Below, piece after piece: positions 37,097-46,267 of a stretch of DNA of 64,000 nucleotides. The notes beneath the pieces are model-generated. The model saw only the letters and a program-made list of their open reading frames with translations, ran no database searches and had not been told where the DNA came from. This DNA comes from an uncultured delta proteobacterium (GTDB taxonomy: Bacteria; Desulfobacterota; Desulfomonilia; UBA1062), in contig CAWCTR010000017.1 in NCBI GenBank assembly GCA_963798485.1, positions 128,001-192,000 on the forward strand, in the 5' to 3' direction. The position numbers and the translations under genes were made by a program. Positions within the stretch are counted from its first letter, which is position 1; each line of letters begins with the position of its first letter.

Positions 37097-38628
37097 CAGA
37101 ACAGAAACAGGCCATAGGTATTCAGGATCTCATCGATGCCCTCATCAGGAAATGGTACTGGGTGAGTATGCCGCTGATATTTTTCATCCTGGCAGGGATC
37201 TGGTTTTTTATCGTGACCCCAAGGACCTATGAGGCCACTACCTTGATCCTTGTACAGCCACAGGAGATCCCGAAGAATTATGTTGAGGCAACCGTAAGCT
37301 CCGGGGTGGAAGAACAGGTGAGGACCTTATCCCAGGAGGTCCTTTCCCGGTCGAACCTGGATGCCATCATCAAGGAAATGAACTTGTATACAAGGGAGCG
37401 GGGTAAGGGCACACCCATGGATATTCTGGTTGCCTCACTTCGTAAAAAGATCACCATAATAACGAATGTCGGCCAGCCGGGACAGGTGAGTTCTTTTTCC
37501 ATCGCTTTCAGAGGGGGAAATCCCAAAGAGGTGGCTGATGTGACCAACAGACTGGCATCCTATTTTATTGACAGTAATCTCAAGCTCAGGGAGCGCCAGG
37601 CTACTGAGACCACGGCATTCCTGCAGAAGCAGCTCGAAGAACTGAAGACCTTGCTGACCCAGCAGGAGGCCAAGGTTCAGGAATACCGGAACCGATACCT
37701 CGGAGAGCTCCCTGACCAGCTTACCAGTAACGTTTCCACCATCTCGAGCCTCCAGATGCGCCTTGAATCACTCCAGAGCTCACTTACCGAGGCCATGAAC
37801 CGGAGGCTCACCATACAAAGCCAGCTCTCGAAGGCTGAGGCAGGCACACCTGGTACATCATCGCAGAGAGGACAACGCCTTGCTGATCTAAAAAATCAGC
37901 TTGATGAAATGAAGACAAAGTACACCCCCGATTACCCGGAGATCAAACGGCTTGAGAATCAGATAGCAGAGCTTGAAAAACATCCTGAAAAGTCCGCATC
38001 AGGCCACATGGACCCCCAGGTGGCTGATATGCGTAGCCAGCTTAACAATGCCAATGGTGAAGTGAATATGATCCGCAATGATTTGGACAGGATAAAGACA
38101 CAGGTAGAACATTACCAGGGAAGGGTGGAAGATACCCCCAAGAGAGAGCAGGAACTCGCCGGGCTCACGCGTGATTATAACATTACGCAGCAGAACTACC
38201 AACGGCTCCTGGATAAATATTATGAGGCCAAGCGTGCGGAGGACATGGAAAAGAGGCAGCAGGGTGAACAGTTCAGGGTGGTGGATTATGCCGAGACACC
38301 CCAGACCCCTGTGAGCCCCAATCCGATGAGGATCGCCCTTATCTTCCTTGCCCTTGGTCTTGGGACAGGGGCAGGCATCATCGTGCTGCTCGAGATGTTT
38401 GATACCACGGTCAAGGGGGTCAAGCAGCTTGAGGGCTGGTCCGGCACTATACCCTGCATCACGGCTATCCCTCTGGCCCAGACAGAGAGTGACAAGCATA
38501 AAGAGCGGTTCATGAATATGGTGTTCCTTGGTATAAATGGCGCCATCTTCTTGGTAGGGACAACGATAATAATAATTTCGAAGTTCTCCCATGTTGTCTT
38601 TACCCTGCCGGTGCCCCTCCCATTTTAG
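37093..38628 (+). CDS. Polysaccharide co-polymerase (Wzc/Wzz-like chain length determinant)
   Basis: N-terminal TM, YEATTLILV, VLSRSNL, long coiled coil, YTPDYPEI, C-terminal TMs. Confidence 0.9.
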   Translation: MTEQKQAIGIQDLIDALIRKWYWVSMPLIFFILAGIWFFIVTPRTYEATTLILVQPQEIPKNYVEATVSSGVEEQVRTLSQEVLSRSNLDAIIKEMNLYTRERGKGTPMDILVASLRKKITIITNVGQPGQVSSFSIAFRGGNPKEVADVTNRLASYFIDSNLKLRERQATETTAFLQKQLEELKTLLTQQEAKVQEYRNRYLGELPDQLTSNVSTISSLQMRLESLQSSLTEAMNRRLTIQSQLSKAEAGTPGTSSQRGQRLADLKNQLDEMKTKYTPDYPEIKRLENQIAELEKHPEKSASGHMDPQVADMRSQLNNANGEVNMIRNDLDRIKTQVEHYQGRVEDTPKREQELAGLTRDYNITQQNYQRLLDKYYEAKRAEDMEKRQQGEQFRVVDYAETPQTPVSPNPMRIALIFLALGLGTGAGIIVLLEMFDTTVKGVKQLEGWSGTIPCITAIPLAQTESDKHKERFMNMVFLGINGAIFLVGTTIIIISKFSHVVFTLPVPLPF

Positions 38629-38639
38629 GGGGATGACCC

Positions 38640-40214
38640 ATGTACAGAGAACATTTCGGTCTCAAGCTGAAACCTTTCTCCATCACCCCTGACCCGAAAT
38701 TTCTCTACATGAGCCCGGTTCATAAAGAGGCGTTAGCGCACCTGTTGTATGGACTGAAGGAAGGGAGCGGGTTTGTGGTGATTACCGGGGAGGTGGGCAC
38801 CGGCAAGACCACAATCTTAAATGCCTTTCTGCTGAAGCTCCCGCCTAGAATTCCCAAGGTGGTGATCAAGAATCCCCACATCAATCCCGACAACCTCTAC
38901 TTCCTTTTGGGGGAAGCTATCGGCATGCCTGAGGAGAAGCGTTCCCGCAACTATATCAATGAGTTCGAGGACAGGCTCAAGACCACCGGTGGGGCTGTGC
39001 TCATCGTAGATGAGTCCCAGGGACTCTCTGTTGAGATGCTTGAAGAGATAAGGTTGCTCTCCAATCTGGAGACCGTGCATGAAAAGCTCGTACAGATCAT
39101 GCTATTGGGCCAGCAGGAACTCAATGAAAAGCTGAACAGCTCTCAGCTCAGGCAGCTTAAACAAAGGATCGGGGTAAAATACCACATTCCCCCTTTGGAT
39201 AGCAACGAGACCAAGGACTATATCGACCACCGGCTCAGGGTGGCCGGTTACGAGCCCAGGGAAGAAACCTTGTTTACCTCCTCGGCGCTTGGGGAGATTT
39301 ACCGCTACACCAGGGGGTTTCCAAGGCTCATCAACATTGTCTGCGATAACGTGCTGTTGGCTGCCTACAGCGATGATCTCAACCAGGTGAGTGCCGGCCT
39401 GGTGAAAAAAGTGGTAGGGGGTATGGAAAAGACCTATGCCAGACATACTCCCCCTATGCCTGGCCGACATATGAGTGAGAGAAAGGGCATCAGAGGCCTA
39501 TGGATTGGCTTGACAGCGGCTGCCGCCTTTTTAATTTTTTTCTCAGCGCTGGTTGTTGTTCTGCGCTCGCCGCTCGGGCGAAACATAATGGACAAATCCA
39601 AAGATATGCTGGGGATATCACATGAGACATCATCTTTATCTAATAGGGCAAAAGGACTTTTAAATCCGCTGAACATGAAAGAATCTGAAGGGGCGGCATT
39701 ACAAGACCTGCCGAAAGTATCCATACAGGACCAGGCAGGTGAGGCCGCATCTGTCCCACCGGACATGGGGGAGCAAAAACAAACGAAGGGCGTCACTATG
39801 GCGGTCGGCCCGGGCGACACGGTCGCCAAACTTGCTGCCAGGCATTACGGCAGGGTTGATTCCGTCATCCTGGATATGGTCCGAAAGGCAAACAGCAACC
39901 TGGGGAATATCGACCTGATCTATGAGGGACAAAAGATCAATCTGCCACCCATAACAGATACCACCAGGGTCATATTTACGGTGAGTGTGGCATCTTACCA
40001 TTCCATTAACGAGGCCACGGCAGTGTTTCTCGATCTGGTCAAGAAAGGGTTTAAGGCAACGATCTACCCGCATCTGGACATCCAGGGGAATACCTGGTAC
40101 CGGGTCACTATCGGGGCTTTCAGGGAACAGGACAAAGCGGACGTGTATGCACGGCAGCTCAAGACCCAAGGGTTTTTATATGCAAAATCCGTCAAGGTGA
40201 GCGTGGAGGGATAA
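38640..40214 (+). CDS. ExeA/GspA-like AAA ATPase with TM, LysM and SPOR domains
   Basis: MYREHFGL..PFSITPDP, GEVGTGKT, VDESQ, GFPRLINIVCD; TM; LysM VGPGDTV...IYEGQKINLP; SPOR WYRVTIGAF. Confidence 0.88.
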   Translation: MYREHFGLKLKPFSITPDPKFLYMSPVHKEALAHLLYGLKEGSGFVVITGEVGTGKTTILNAFLLKLPPRIPKVVIKNPHINPDNLYFLLGEAIGMPEEKRSRNYINEFEDRLKTTGGAVLIVDESQGLSVEMLEEIRLLSNLETVHEKLVQIMLLGQQELNEKLNSSQLRQLKQRIGVKYHIPPLDSNETKDYIDHRLRVAGYEPREETLFTSSALGEIYRYTRGFPRLINIVCDNVLLAAYSDDLNQVSAGLVKKVVGGMEKTYARHTPPMPGRHMSERKGIRGLWIGLTAAAAFLIFFSALVVVLRSPLGRNIMDKSKDMLGISHETSSLSNRAKGLLNPLNMKESEGAALQDLPKVSIQDQAGEAASVPPDMGEQKQTKGVTMAVGPGDTVAKLAARHYGRVDSVILDMVRKANSNLGNIDLIYEGQKINLPPITDTTRVIFTVSVASYHSINEATAVFLDLVKKGFKATIYPHLDIQGNTWYRVTIGAFREQDKADVYARQLKTQGFLYAKSVKVSVEG

Positions 40215-40217
40215 ACG

Positions 40218-40982
40218 GTGCACATCTTAAAGGCATTGGAGAAACAGGATCAGGGATTCGTCAAGGAGAACGGCGCTTCCGGTCCGCTTGATGATCACCT
40301 CTACATGCACCATATGCCCTATTCCTATACGGCAGAGCAGATCAGGAAGCTCAGGACCTACATCTTCCATATGGCCGACAGGCCTATGCCGAGGGTGATT
40401 ATGGTTACGAGCGCACTCCCCGGAGAAGGCAAAACTCTCATTTCATCAAACCTGGCCATTGCTATTGCAAAGGGGGAGGACCAGCAGGTGCTGCTTGTGG
40501 ACTGTGACCTCAGGAAACCATCGCTGCATGAGCTCTTCAAATATCCCCCCTCTCTAGGGGTGAGTGAAATCATACAGGGCAAGGCTGATATATCGGAGTG
40601 TCTTTTATCAACCCCCATAGAAAATCTTACTATTCTACCGGCTGCAAAAGAACCTCCGGCAAACCCTTCGGAGCTGCTTGAATCAAAAAAGACCGGCGCA
40701 CTCATTAAAGACCTGGCAGACCGCGACGGCAACTGGTTCATCATCATCGACTCGCCACCCATACAGGCCACAGTGGACCCAAAGATCCTGGCTGATGTGG
40801 TGGAGGGGATCATTATGGTAATAAGGTACCGGTATACCACGGAGGCTGAATTCAAGATGGCGCTTGAAGCCCTGCCAAAGGAGAAGGTCCTCGGCACGGT
40901 ATTAAATGCCGTGGATGAGCTCCCTGTAAAGAAATATAAGTATAATAAGTACAAATATTACAAGAACTACTACAATCGATAG
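40218..40982 (+). CDS. CpsD/CapB-family protein tyrosine kinase
   Basis: TSALPGEGKT, VDCDLRKP, IIDSPP, Tyr-rich tail KYKYNKYKYYKNYYNR. Confidence 0.92.
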   Translation: MHILKALEKQDQGFVKENGASGPLDDHLYMHHMPYSYTAEQIRKLRTYIFHMADRPMPRVIMVTSALPGEGKTLISSNLAIAIAKGEDQQVLLVDCDLRKPSLHELFKYPPSLGVSEIIQGKADISECLLSTPIENLTILPAAKEPPANPSELLESKKTGALIKDLADRDGNWFIIIDSPPIQATVDPKILADVVEGIIMVIRYRYTTEAEFKMALEALPKEKVLGTVLNAVDELPVKKYKYNKYKYYKNYYNR

Positions 40983-41057
40983 TAAGTTTTCATGTCTAAG
41001 GCGAATGTATACCTTTGTATATTGTGATAGCTCGGGGGTATATGGTAGACTCCATCA

Positions 41058-41744
41058 ATGCCGAAGAGCATCTTTTCCCACCTCTTTCCGGCCCGGTGCC
41101 TTGTCTGCGGGGCTTACTCAATAGATATCCGGCTTGGAGTGTGTGTTGGGTGCGTCAGTCGGATCAGGCCCATGCCGAGGCCTGTCTGCACCGTCTGTGG
41201 TGATCCGACAGGCACTGAGGGTGTGTGCCTGCGTTGCCTGATCGCACCGCCCCCTTTTGATCGGATGATAAGTGCTTTTATCTTTGAAGGACCCATCAAG
41301 GATATCATCCATTCCTTCAAATATGCTCATGCCACCTATTATAAAAAATATCTGGCACAGGTCCTGTTTGATATGATTAAGGCTGAGGGCGAGGCATGTG
41401 ACGTGGTCACCTTTGTTCCCCTGCATTGGACCAGGATGATTTTACGAGGCTATAACCAGGCTGCCCTTATCGCCGGGGAACTTGCAGGTTTGCTGGGACT
41501 TACCGTAAACTACAGCGCCCTGAAAAAGACGCGCGGAACACCCCCGCAGGTGGGATTGCGTAAGCAAGAACGCAAAATGAACGTGAGGGGTGCATTTCGT
41601 GCCTCCGGGGTTCGAGACAAGGCGGTCCTGGTTGTGGATGACGTAGTGACAACAGGGCAAACCGCCCGCGAGGTTTCAAATGCACTGAAAAAGACAGGCG
41701 CAAGGTATGTGCTCTTTGCCAGCGTCGGGAGGATCGTGCAGTGA
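41058..41744 (+). CDS. comF: ComF family protein
   Basis: Double zinc ribbon, VPLH, RGYNQA, VVDDVVTTG. Confidence 0.9.
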   Translation: MPKSIFSHLFPARCLVCGAYSIDIRLGVCVGCVSRIRPMPRPVCTVCGDPTGTEGVCLRCLIAPPPFDRMISAFIFEGPIKDIIHSFKYAHATYYKKYLAQVLFDMIKAEGEACDVVTFVPLHWTRMILRGYNQAALIAGELAGLLGLTVNYSALKKTRGTPPQVGLRKQERKMNVRGAFRASGVRDKAVLVVDDVVTTGQTAREVSNALKKTGARYVLFASVGRIVQ

Positions 41745-42646
41745 TTCCTTTAAGGCAGCCGGGCAAAAAAAACCCGAGATATCTGGAGGACATCACCTAT
41801 TCCATAGCAACGAAAGCGGAAAAGCTCGAAGATCTCTTATCGTCAAACAATCTCTTCATGGGGAAGTATGATGATAACAAGATGATGGCCAAGCTCGACC
41901 GTGCAGGCATCATCGGCATCCTCAGCAAGAAGGGGTATCGAAATCTTGTGGTGAGCATCATCAGGTCCGACGACTATACATCCAGGCTCTATGTGAATCT
42001 CGACTCTCAGGAGAAAGAGACGCGGCTCATAGAGCTTATCGTGCGTGAAGGTGTCTTTAAGCCCAGGGAGGACTTCATACCCTCATACGATTTTTCATCA
42101 GGGCTTTCCATGCTGCTCATCGAATGGGTTGCCTTGCAGGACCCGAAGGCCTCCTTCAGCCATGAAAAGCCCAGATTGCCCGGCCAGCAGTATCCAGGGA
42201 TCGGAGGACTCAAGAATATGCAGGAACTCCTCTATCATCTTTGTAAATCATCAGGCAAGGACGCCATTGTGGATGTCCCTGAATACTTCCATTCTGCCGC
42301 CATCTATTCCCGCATGTATACCGAGATCTATGACCGGATATATGCCTTCTTCTCCCCTGTAGACGCCGGGATTATGCAGGCCATGCTCAGGGACCTCACA
42401 GGCAGGTCGCTGGCGGATATTTCTTTTGCAGTGGCCTTTGATTGTCTTCTCGATGCCCGTACAGGCAAGGGTGTCAAATGGAGGACCTCCGAGCAGATCT
42501 ATCCCATTTCCAGGAAGCTTAAAAATTATGTGGAAGATGACCAGTACAAGAGAATAGTCATTAAGACCATGGAAGAGCATTCTTATGCCATAGACTGGGA
42601 CAGATTTGAACAAATCAAGGCCCATGGATTGATAGATGAGTTATAG
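41741..42646 (+). CDS. Conserved hypothetical protein
   Basis: Long ORF overlapping comF and the next gene; IEWVALQDP...[12 protein letters not shown] and PEYFH motifs. Confidence 0.6.
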   Translation: MIPLRQPGKKNPRYLEDITYSIATKAEKLEDLLSSNNLFMGKYDDNKMMAKLDRAGIIGILSKKGYRNLVVSIIRSDDYTSRLYVNLDSQEKETRLIELIVREGVFKPREDFIPSYDFSSGLSMLLIEWVALQDPKASFSHEKPRLPGQQYPGIGGLKNMQELLYHLCKSSGKDAIVDVPEYFHSAAIYSRMYTEIYDRIYAFFSPVDAGIMQAMLRDLTGRSLADISFAVAFDCLLDARTGKGVKWRTSEQIYPISRKLKNYVEDDQYKRIVIKTMEEHSYAIDWDRFEQIKAHGLIDEL

Positions 42647-43913
42647 ATTCGGGGTCATCGGTCTCGGACGGGTGGGGGGGGCCATGCTCACACTCCTCAA
42701 AGATGCAGGTCACGTGCCGGTTTGGGCAGTATCCTCCAATACTCATATTAATAATATCCCCGTTTATACTGATATCCCCTGCTCCCCTGAAGGGGTCCAG
42801 GTTGTTTTTATCGCAGTGCCTGACAGTCATATCAGCAGGGTTGCTGAGGAGATCAACGCGTCCTGGGGTCAGTCAGTAAAAGGTATTGTCTTTTTTCACT
42901 TCAGCGGGCTTCTCACCTCAGGCGAGCTTGCAGTCCTGTCCAGGGCAGGGGCGACCATCGGCAGCCTCCATCCCCTCCAATCCATTACCGATGCAGCCCA
43001 GGCCCGGCAGATTCTGAAAGGGAGCATCTTCACCTTCGAGGGAATGGAAGGGGCCGTCAGGATCGCCGGAGACCTTGTTGACTCAATAGGCGCGGTCATG
43101 ATGACTATCACACAAGAACACAAGGTGCTCTACCATGCCTCTGCCGTTATGGCGTCAAATTATCTGGTGGCGCTTCTCAATCAGGCGTCCGTGATCATAG
43201 ATAAAGTTGGTATGGGTCTGAATCACCTTATGCCGCTCATCAAAGGGACCCTGTCCAACATTGAGGAGCATGGCAGCAAGGCCCTGACCGGGCCCATTTC
43301 CCGGGGCGACTGGACAACGGTAGAAGGGCATGTAAAGGCACTCCGGGAACATTTCCCCGATTTTATACCAACATATATTGAACTAGGCCGGTCCTGTGCC
43401 CGCATGGCAGGAAGGCAGTTCCCATACGAACTCTTCGAAAGTCCAAAGCTCATGGATCTTGGTGAGCTTTGCAATGCACTGCTTTCCAAGCAAGCCCGGG
43501 GCATGAAGGTGGTCTTTACCAACGGCTGTTTCGACATAATTCACGCAGGTCATGTAACCTATCTAAGCAAGGCCAGGGCCCTGGGCGACTGTCTTGTGGT
43601 CGGGCTGAACTCCGATGTATCGGTGAAAAAACTCGACAAGGGCCCGGACAGGCCCATAAACAACGAGCGCGCGCGCGCAGCAGTGCTCGGTGCGCTTGCA
43701 TGCGTGGATCATGTGGTCCTCTTCGATGAGGATACCCCCCTGAACCTCATTGAAAGGCTACGGCCCGATGTACTGGTAAAGGGCGGCGACTGGGCAGTGG
43801 AGGACATCGTGGGTGCCGATACGGTAAAGTCCTCGGGAGGTAAGGTTCTCACCATCCCCTTTAAAGACGGTTTTTCGACAACCTCTCTCATCGAAAAGAT
43901 CAGACAGAAGTGA
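42636..43913 (+). CDS. Fusion of a Rossmann-like/DUF2520 oxidoreductase and an RfaE2 (HldC) heptose-1-phosphate adenylyltransferase domain
   Basis: [41 protein letters not shown]; then [31 protein letters not shown]. Confidence 0.85.
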   Translation: MSYRFGVIGLGRVGGAMLTLLKDAGHVPVWAVSSNTHINNIPVYTDIPCSPEGVQVVFIAVPDSHISRVAEEINASWGQSVKGIVFFHFSGLLTSGELAVLSRAGATIGSLHPLQSITDAAQARQILKGSIFTFEGMEGAVRIAGDLVDSIGAVMMTITQEHKVLYHASAVMASNYLVALLNQASVIIDKVGMGLNHLMPLIKGTLSNIEEHGSKALTGPISRGDWTTVEGHVKALREHFPDFIPTYIELGRSCARMAGRQFPYELFESPKLMDLGELCNALLSKQARGMKVVFTNGCFDIIHAGHVTYLSKARALGDCLVVGLNSDVSVKKLDKGPDRPINNERARAAVLGALACVDHVVLFDEDTPLNLIERLRPDVLVKGGDWAVEDIVGADTVKSSGGKVLTIPFKDGFSTTSLIEKIRQK

Positions 43914-44015
43914 TTCTTAAGGATTGTGGGTGGTGAAGGAACTGCAGAAACCGGGCGGGTTCACCCCTTGGGAACGGCTATTGCGTCTTGAAAGGTGAAC
44001 CAGCCCCGCACAAGT

Positions 44016-45077
44016 CTAGAATCCGAAGACAAAGCGACCGGCGTATCTCCGGTCTACCCTCTGGCCTGCATAGGCCCCTACCTCTTCGGCATAGGTCAAG
44101 AGATCGAACCTAACTATCCTGGCTTCAAGGTTCAGTCCCGCGGTGAGATATCCCTGATAAAGCCCTGCGCGCACGTTGATGATATCAAGGAATTTACATT
44201 CAACGCCGAGCCTGAGCCTCTTGGCGATGTCGCTGTCCTGTTTGAACTGGTTGAAGATGTCCACATAATCGATGGCGAACGTGGCACTGGTAAATTTAAA
44301 GTCCACGTCCTGGGCATACCCGATGTCGACGTGCTGGGTCGCATCCGCTGCATCGCCGAGGCCGCCGCCTATGAGATTGTTTGCAGAGATCCCGACCCGG
44401 GAATTCGCAAATTGGAGTTTGCTTAATTTATAGATGACTCCGAGGTCCACCAAGATACCATTGCCTTTTTTCAGATCATCATTGATCCTGTCCGAGAGCT
44501 TATTAGAGAGGTCCGCAATGGTGTATTCCTGGGTAAGGCTCTGCCGTTGGATATATTTTGCGCTGGCCCCCACCAGGAGGTTGTTATCGAGGAAGGGATG
44601 TGCATACCCTGCGCCCAGGCCGATATCGTTTATTACATCAACATCCAGCTTGGGATACTGACGGTCCCTCACATCCAGGTCCAGCCTCCCGGTACCGAGA
44701 ACACAGAAAGCGAACCGGGGCATGGAATAGCTTGGAACAATGGCAAGGCCGAGATGATCATGGTCCCCCATGTGGTCCCTGACAAACTGTGAACTCTCTG
44801 TGCCATTACTGAAGTCCGTTTTCAGGCCATCTTGTATGAGGGAAACGGTATTTTTGTCTGTTTCTATCTCAAGACTGAAGAGGGAGACGCGGGTCTTTTC
44901 AATATCAGCAAGGCCTGCCGGATTATAGAACAGGGCATTGGCGTCATTGGAGACCGCGACAAAGGCGCCGCCCATGCCCATGGGCCTGAATCCCTTGTAG
45001 ATATAGGGATATTCATCAGCCAGGCATAAGCTGGAAACAAATAACAAGAGAATCATCAGAAACATTGTCTTTCGCAT
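44016..45077 (-). CDS. Outer-membrane beta-barrel (TraF/FadL/PorV-like)
   Basis: AGGAGG RBS, signal peptide, RPMGMGGAFVAVSNDANALFYNPAGL, C-terminal Phe. Confidence 0.75.
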   Translation of the reverse strand: MRKTMFLMILLLFVSSLCLADEYPYIYKGFRPMGMGGAFVAVSNDANALFYNPAGLADIEKTRVSLFSLEIETDKNTVSLIQDGLKTDFSNGTESSQFVRDHMGDHDHLGLAIVPSYSMPRFAFCVLGTGRLDLDVRDRQYPKLDVDVINDIGLGAGYAHPFLDNNLLVGASAKYIQRQSLTQEYTIADLSNKLSDRINDDLKKGNGILVDLGVIYKLSKLQFANSRVGISANNLIGGGLGDAADATQHVDIGYAQDVDFKFTSATFAIDYVDIFNQFKQDSDIAKRLRLGVECKFLDIINVRAGLYQGYLTAGLNLEARIVRFDLLTYAEEVGAYAGQRVDRRYAGRFVFGF

Positions 45078-45087
45078 GTGCGGCCTC

Positions 45088-46102
45088 CTAATTGCCATTG
45101 CCTGCGGTGGTATACCCGAGCAGTTTGGTGTTGATGAATGTGGCAAGTTGCGTTGCCGTGAATGTCCTGATCTTCGGCTCTATGAGCGAGGGGTCAGACC
45201 CTTCAGGCAGACCCACGATATCACACATGAAATTATTGAAATCATTGGTGATATTTTGGTCATTTCCAAGATTTTTAATGAAGACATTCACCGCGTTGTA
45301 CACGTTTGTCAGGTCAGTTTGAAGGCCTCCATCCTGGTTTTGGGTATCCGTTACAAGGCCCCCATAGGTTCCTCCGGTCCAGCTTCCGTTGTATGCTGCC
45401 AGGCTGGGAGAATTAACGGTTAGGTATGAGTCCAAGTTGTTTCCCAGGGTAATCACATCCGGGGCAGTTGGGAACAGCTGCTGGTAGGCACTCTGTGATA
45501 AGGGGAGGTTGATATCAGTGCCGTTGGTAAACTTGTATTCTTTAGCCGTGACGTAGCCGATGTCCAGGATGAAGTGGAGGGCGGATGCTATGCCCAGTTG
45601 CACGGTAAGGTCATCATCTCCCTTGTTGGAGATCAGGGCGTTGTTGAGGTAGTATTCGGCCTTGGCTAAATACGTAAGGTAGGTAGTAACCGAGTCTTCA
45701 GATATGGTTACGTAATCTCCATTCGATCCGGTCGATTTCGCAATCACAGAAGATGAAGCGCCGGAATTGCCTGTATTGAGTGATAGGGCCGATGCAATAA
45801 TATCAAAGTTTCCCAGGTTATTGTTAACTGCCGATTGTCGAAATCATATTCGTAACATCAAGCCCGGCCTTTCCCATGTAGGCAGATGCAAGGAGGCCCG
45901 AGGTCTCCGCGTCGGCCGAGCTTTCATAACTGCTCAGGGAGGAGATGACCTTGTCATAGTTCCCATCGTCGAGGGCCATCTTGGCCTCTTCAACTTTTGC
46001 CTCTTTGCCGGTTTTATCTGCAAGGGGTCCCAGCATGTTGCTCTCACAGCCCATAATAGCCATGAGGAGGATAACGGTGAATGTCAGGAGAACGTTTCTC
46101 AT
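45088..46102 (-). pseudogene. Lipoprotein gene split by a single-base frameshift (pseudogene or assembly error)
   Basis: Lipobox IMGC; near 45826 the minus strand reads GGC AGT T AAC AAT AAC; removing one base fuses both ORFs into 337 aa. Confidence 0.7.
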
Positions 46103-46267
46103 AAATACCTCCGGTTCAGGGGTTTGGTTTAACCGTCTTTTCAACACAAGACAAAAGATAATACATTCGTATCACAGAATAGGGCTTTATTCAATATACC
46201 ATGGATTGCCATTTGAAAATACGGGCAGTGCCGCTTCGCCCCTGCCCATATAATATCAAGGAAAGGA

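Noticed and set aside
43951-44010. Imperfect inverted repeat GGGCGGGTTCACC / GGTGAACCAGCCCC as an RNA gene
   Set aside because: Lies between convergent genes and is adequately explained as a terminator-like structure; no promoter or family motif seen
44016-45077. Conjugative element suggested by the TraF-like barrel
   Set aside because: No relaxase, VirB4/TraC, coupling protein or integrase in the window
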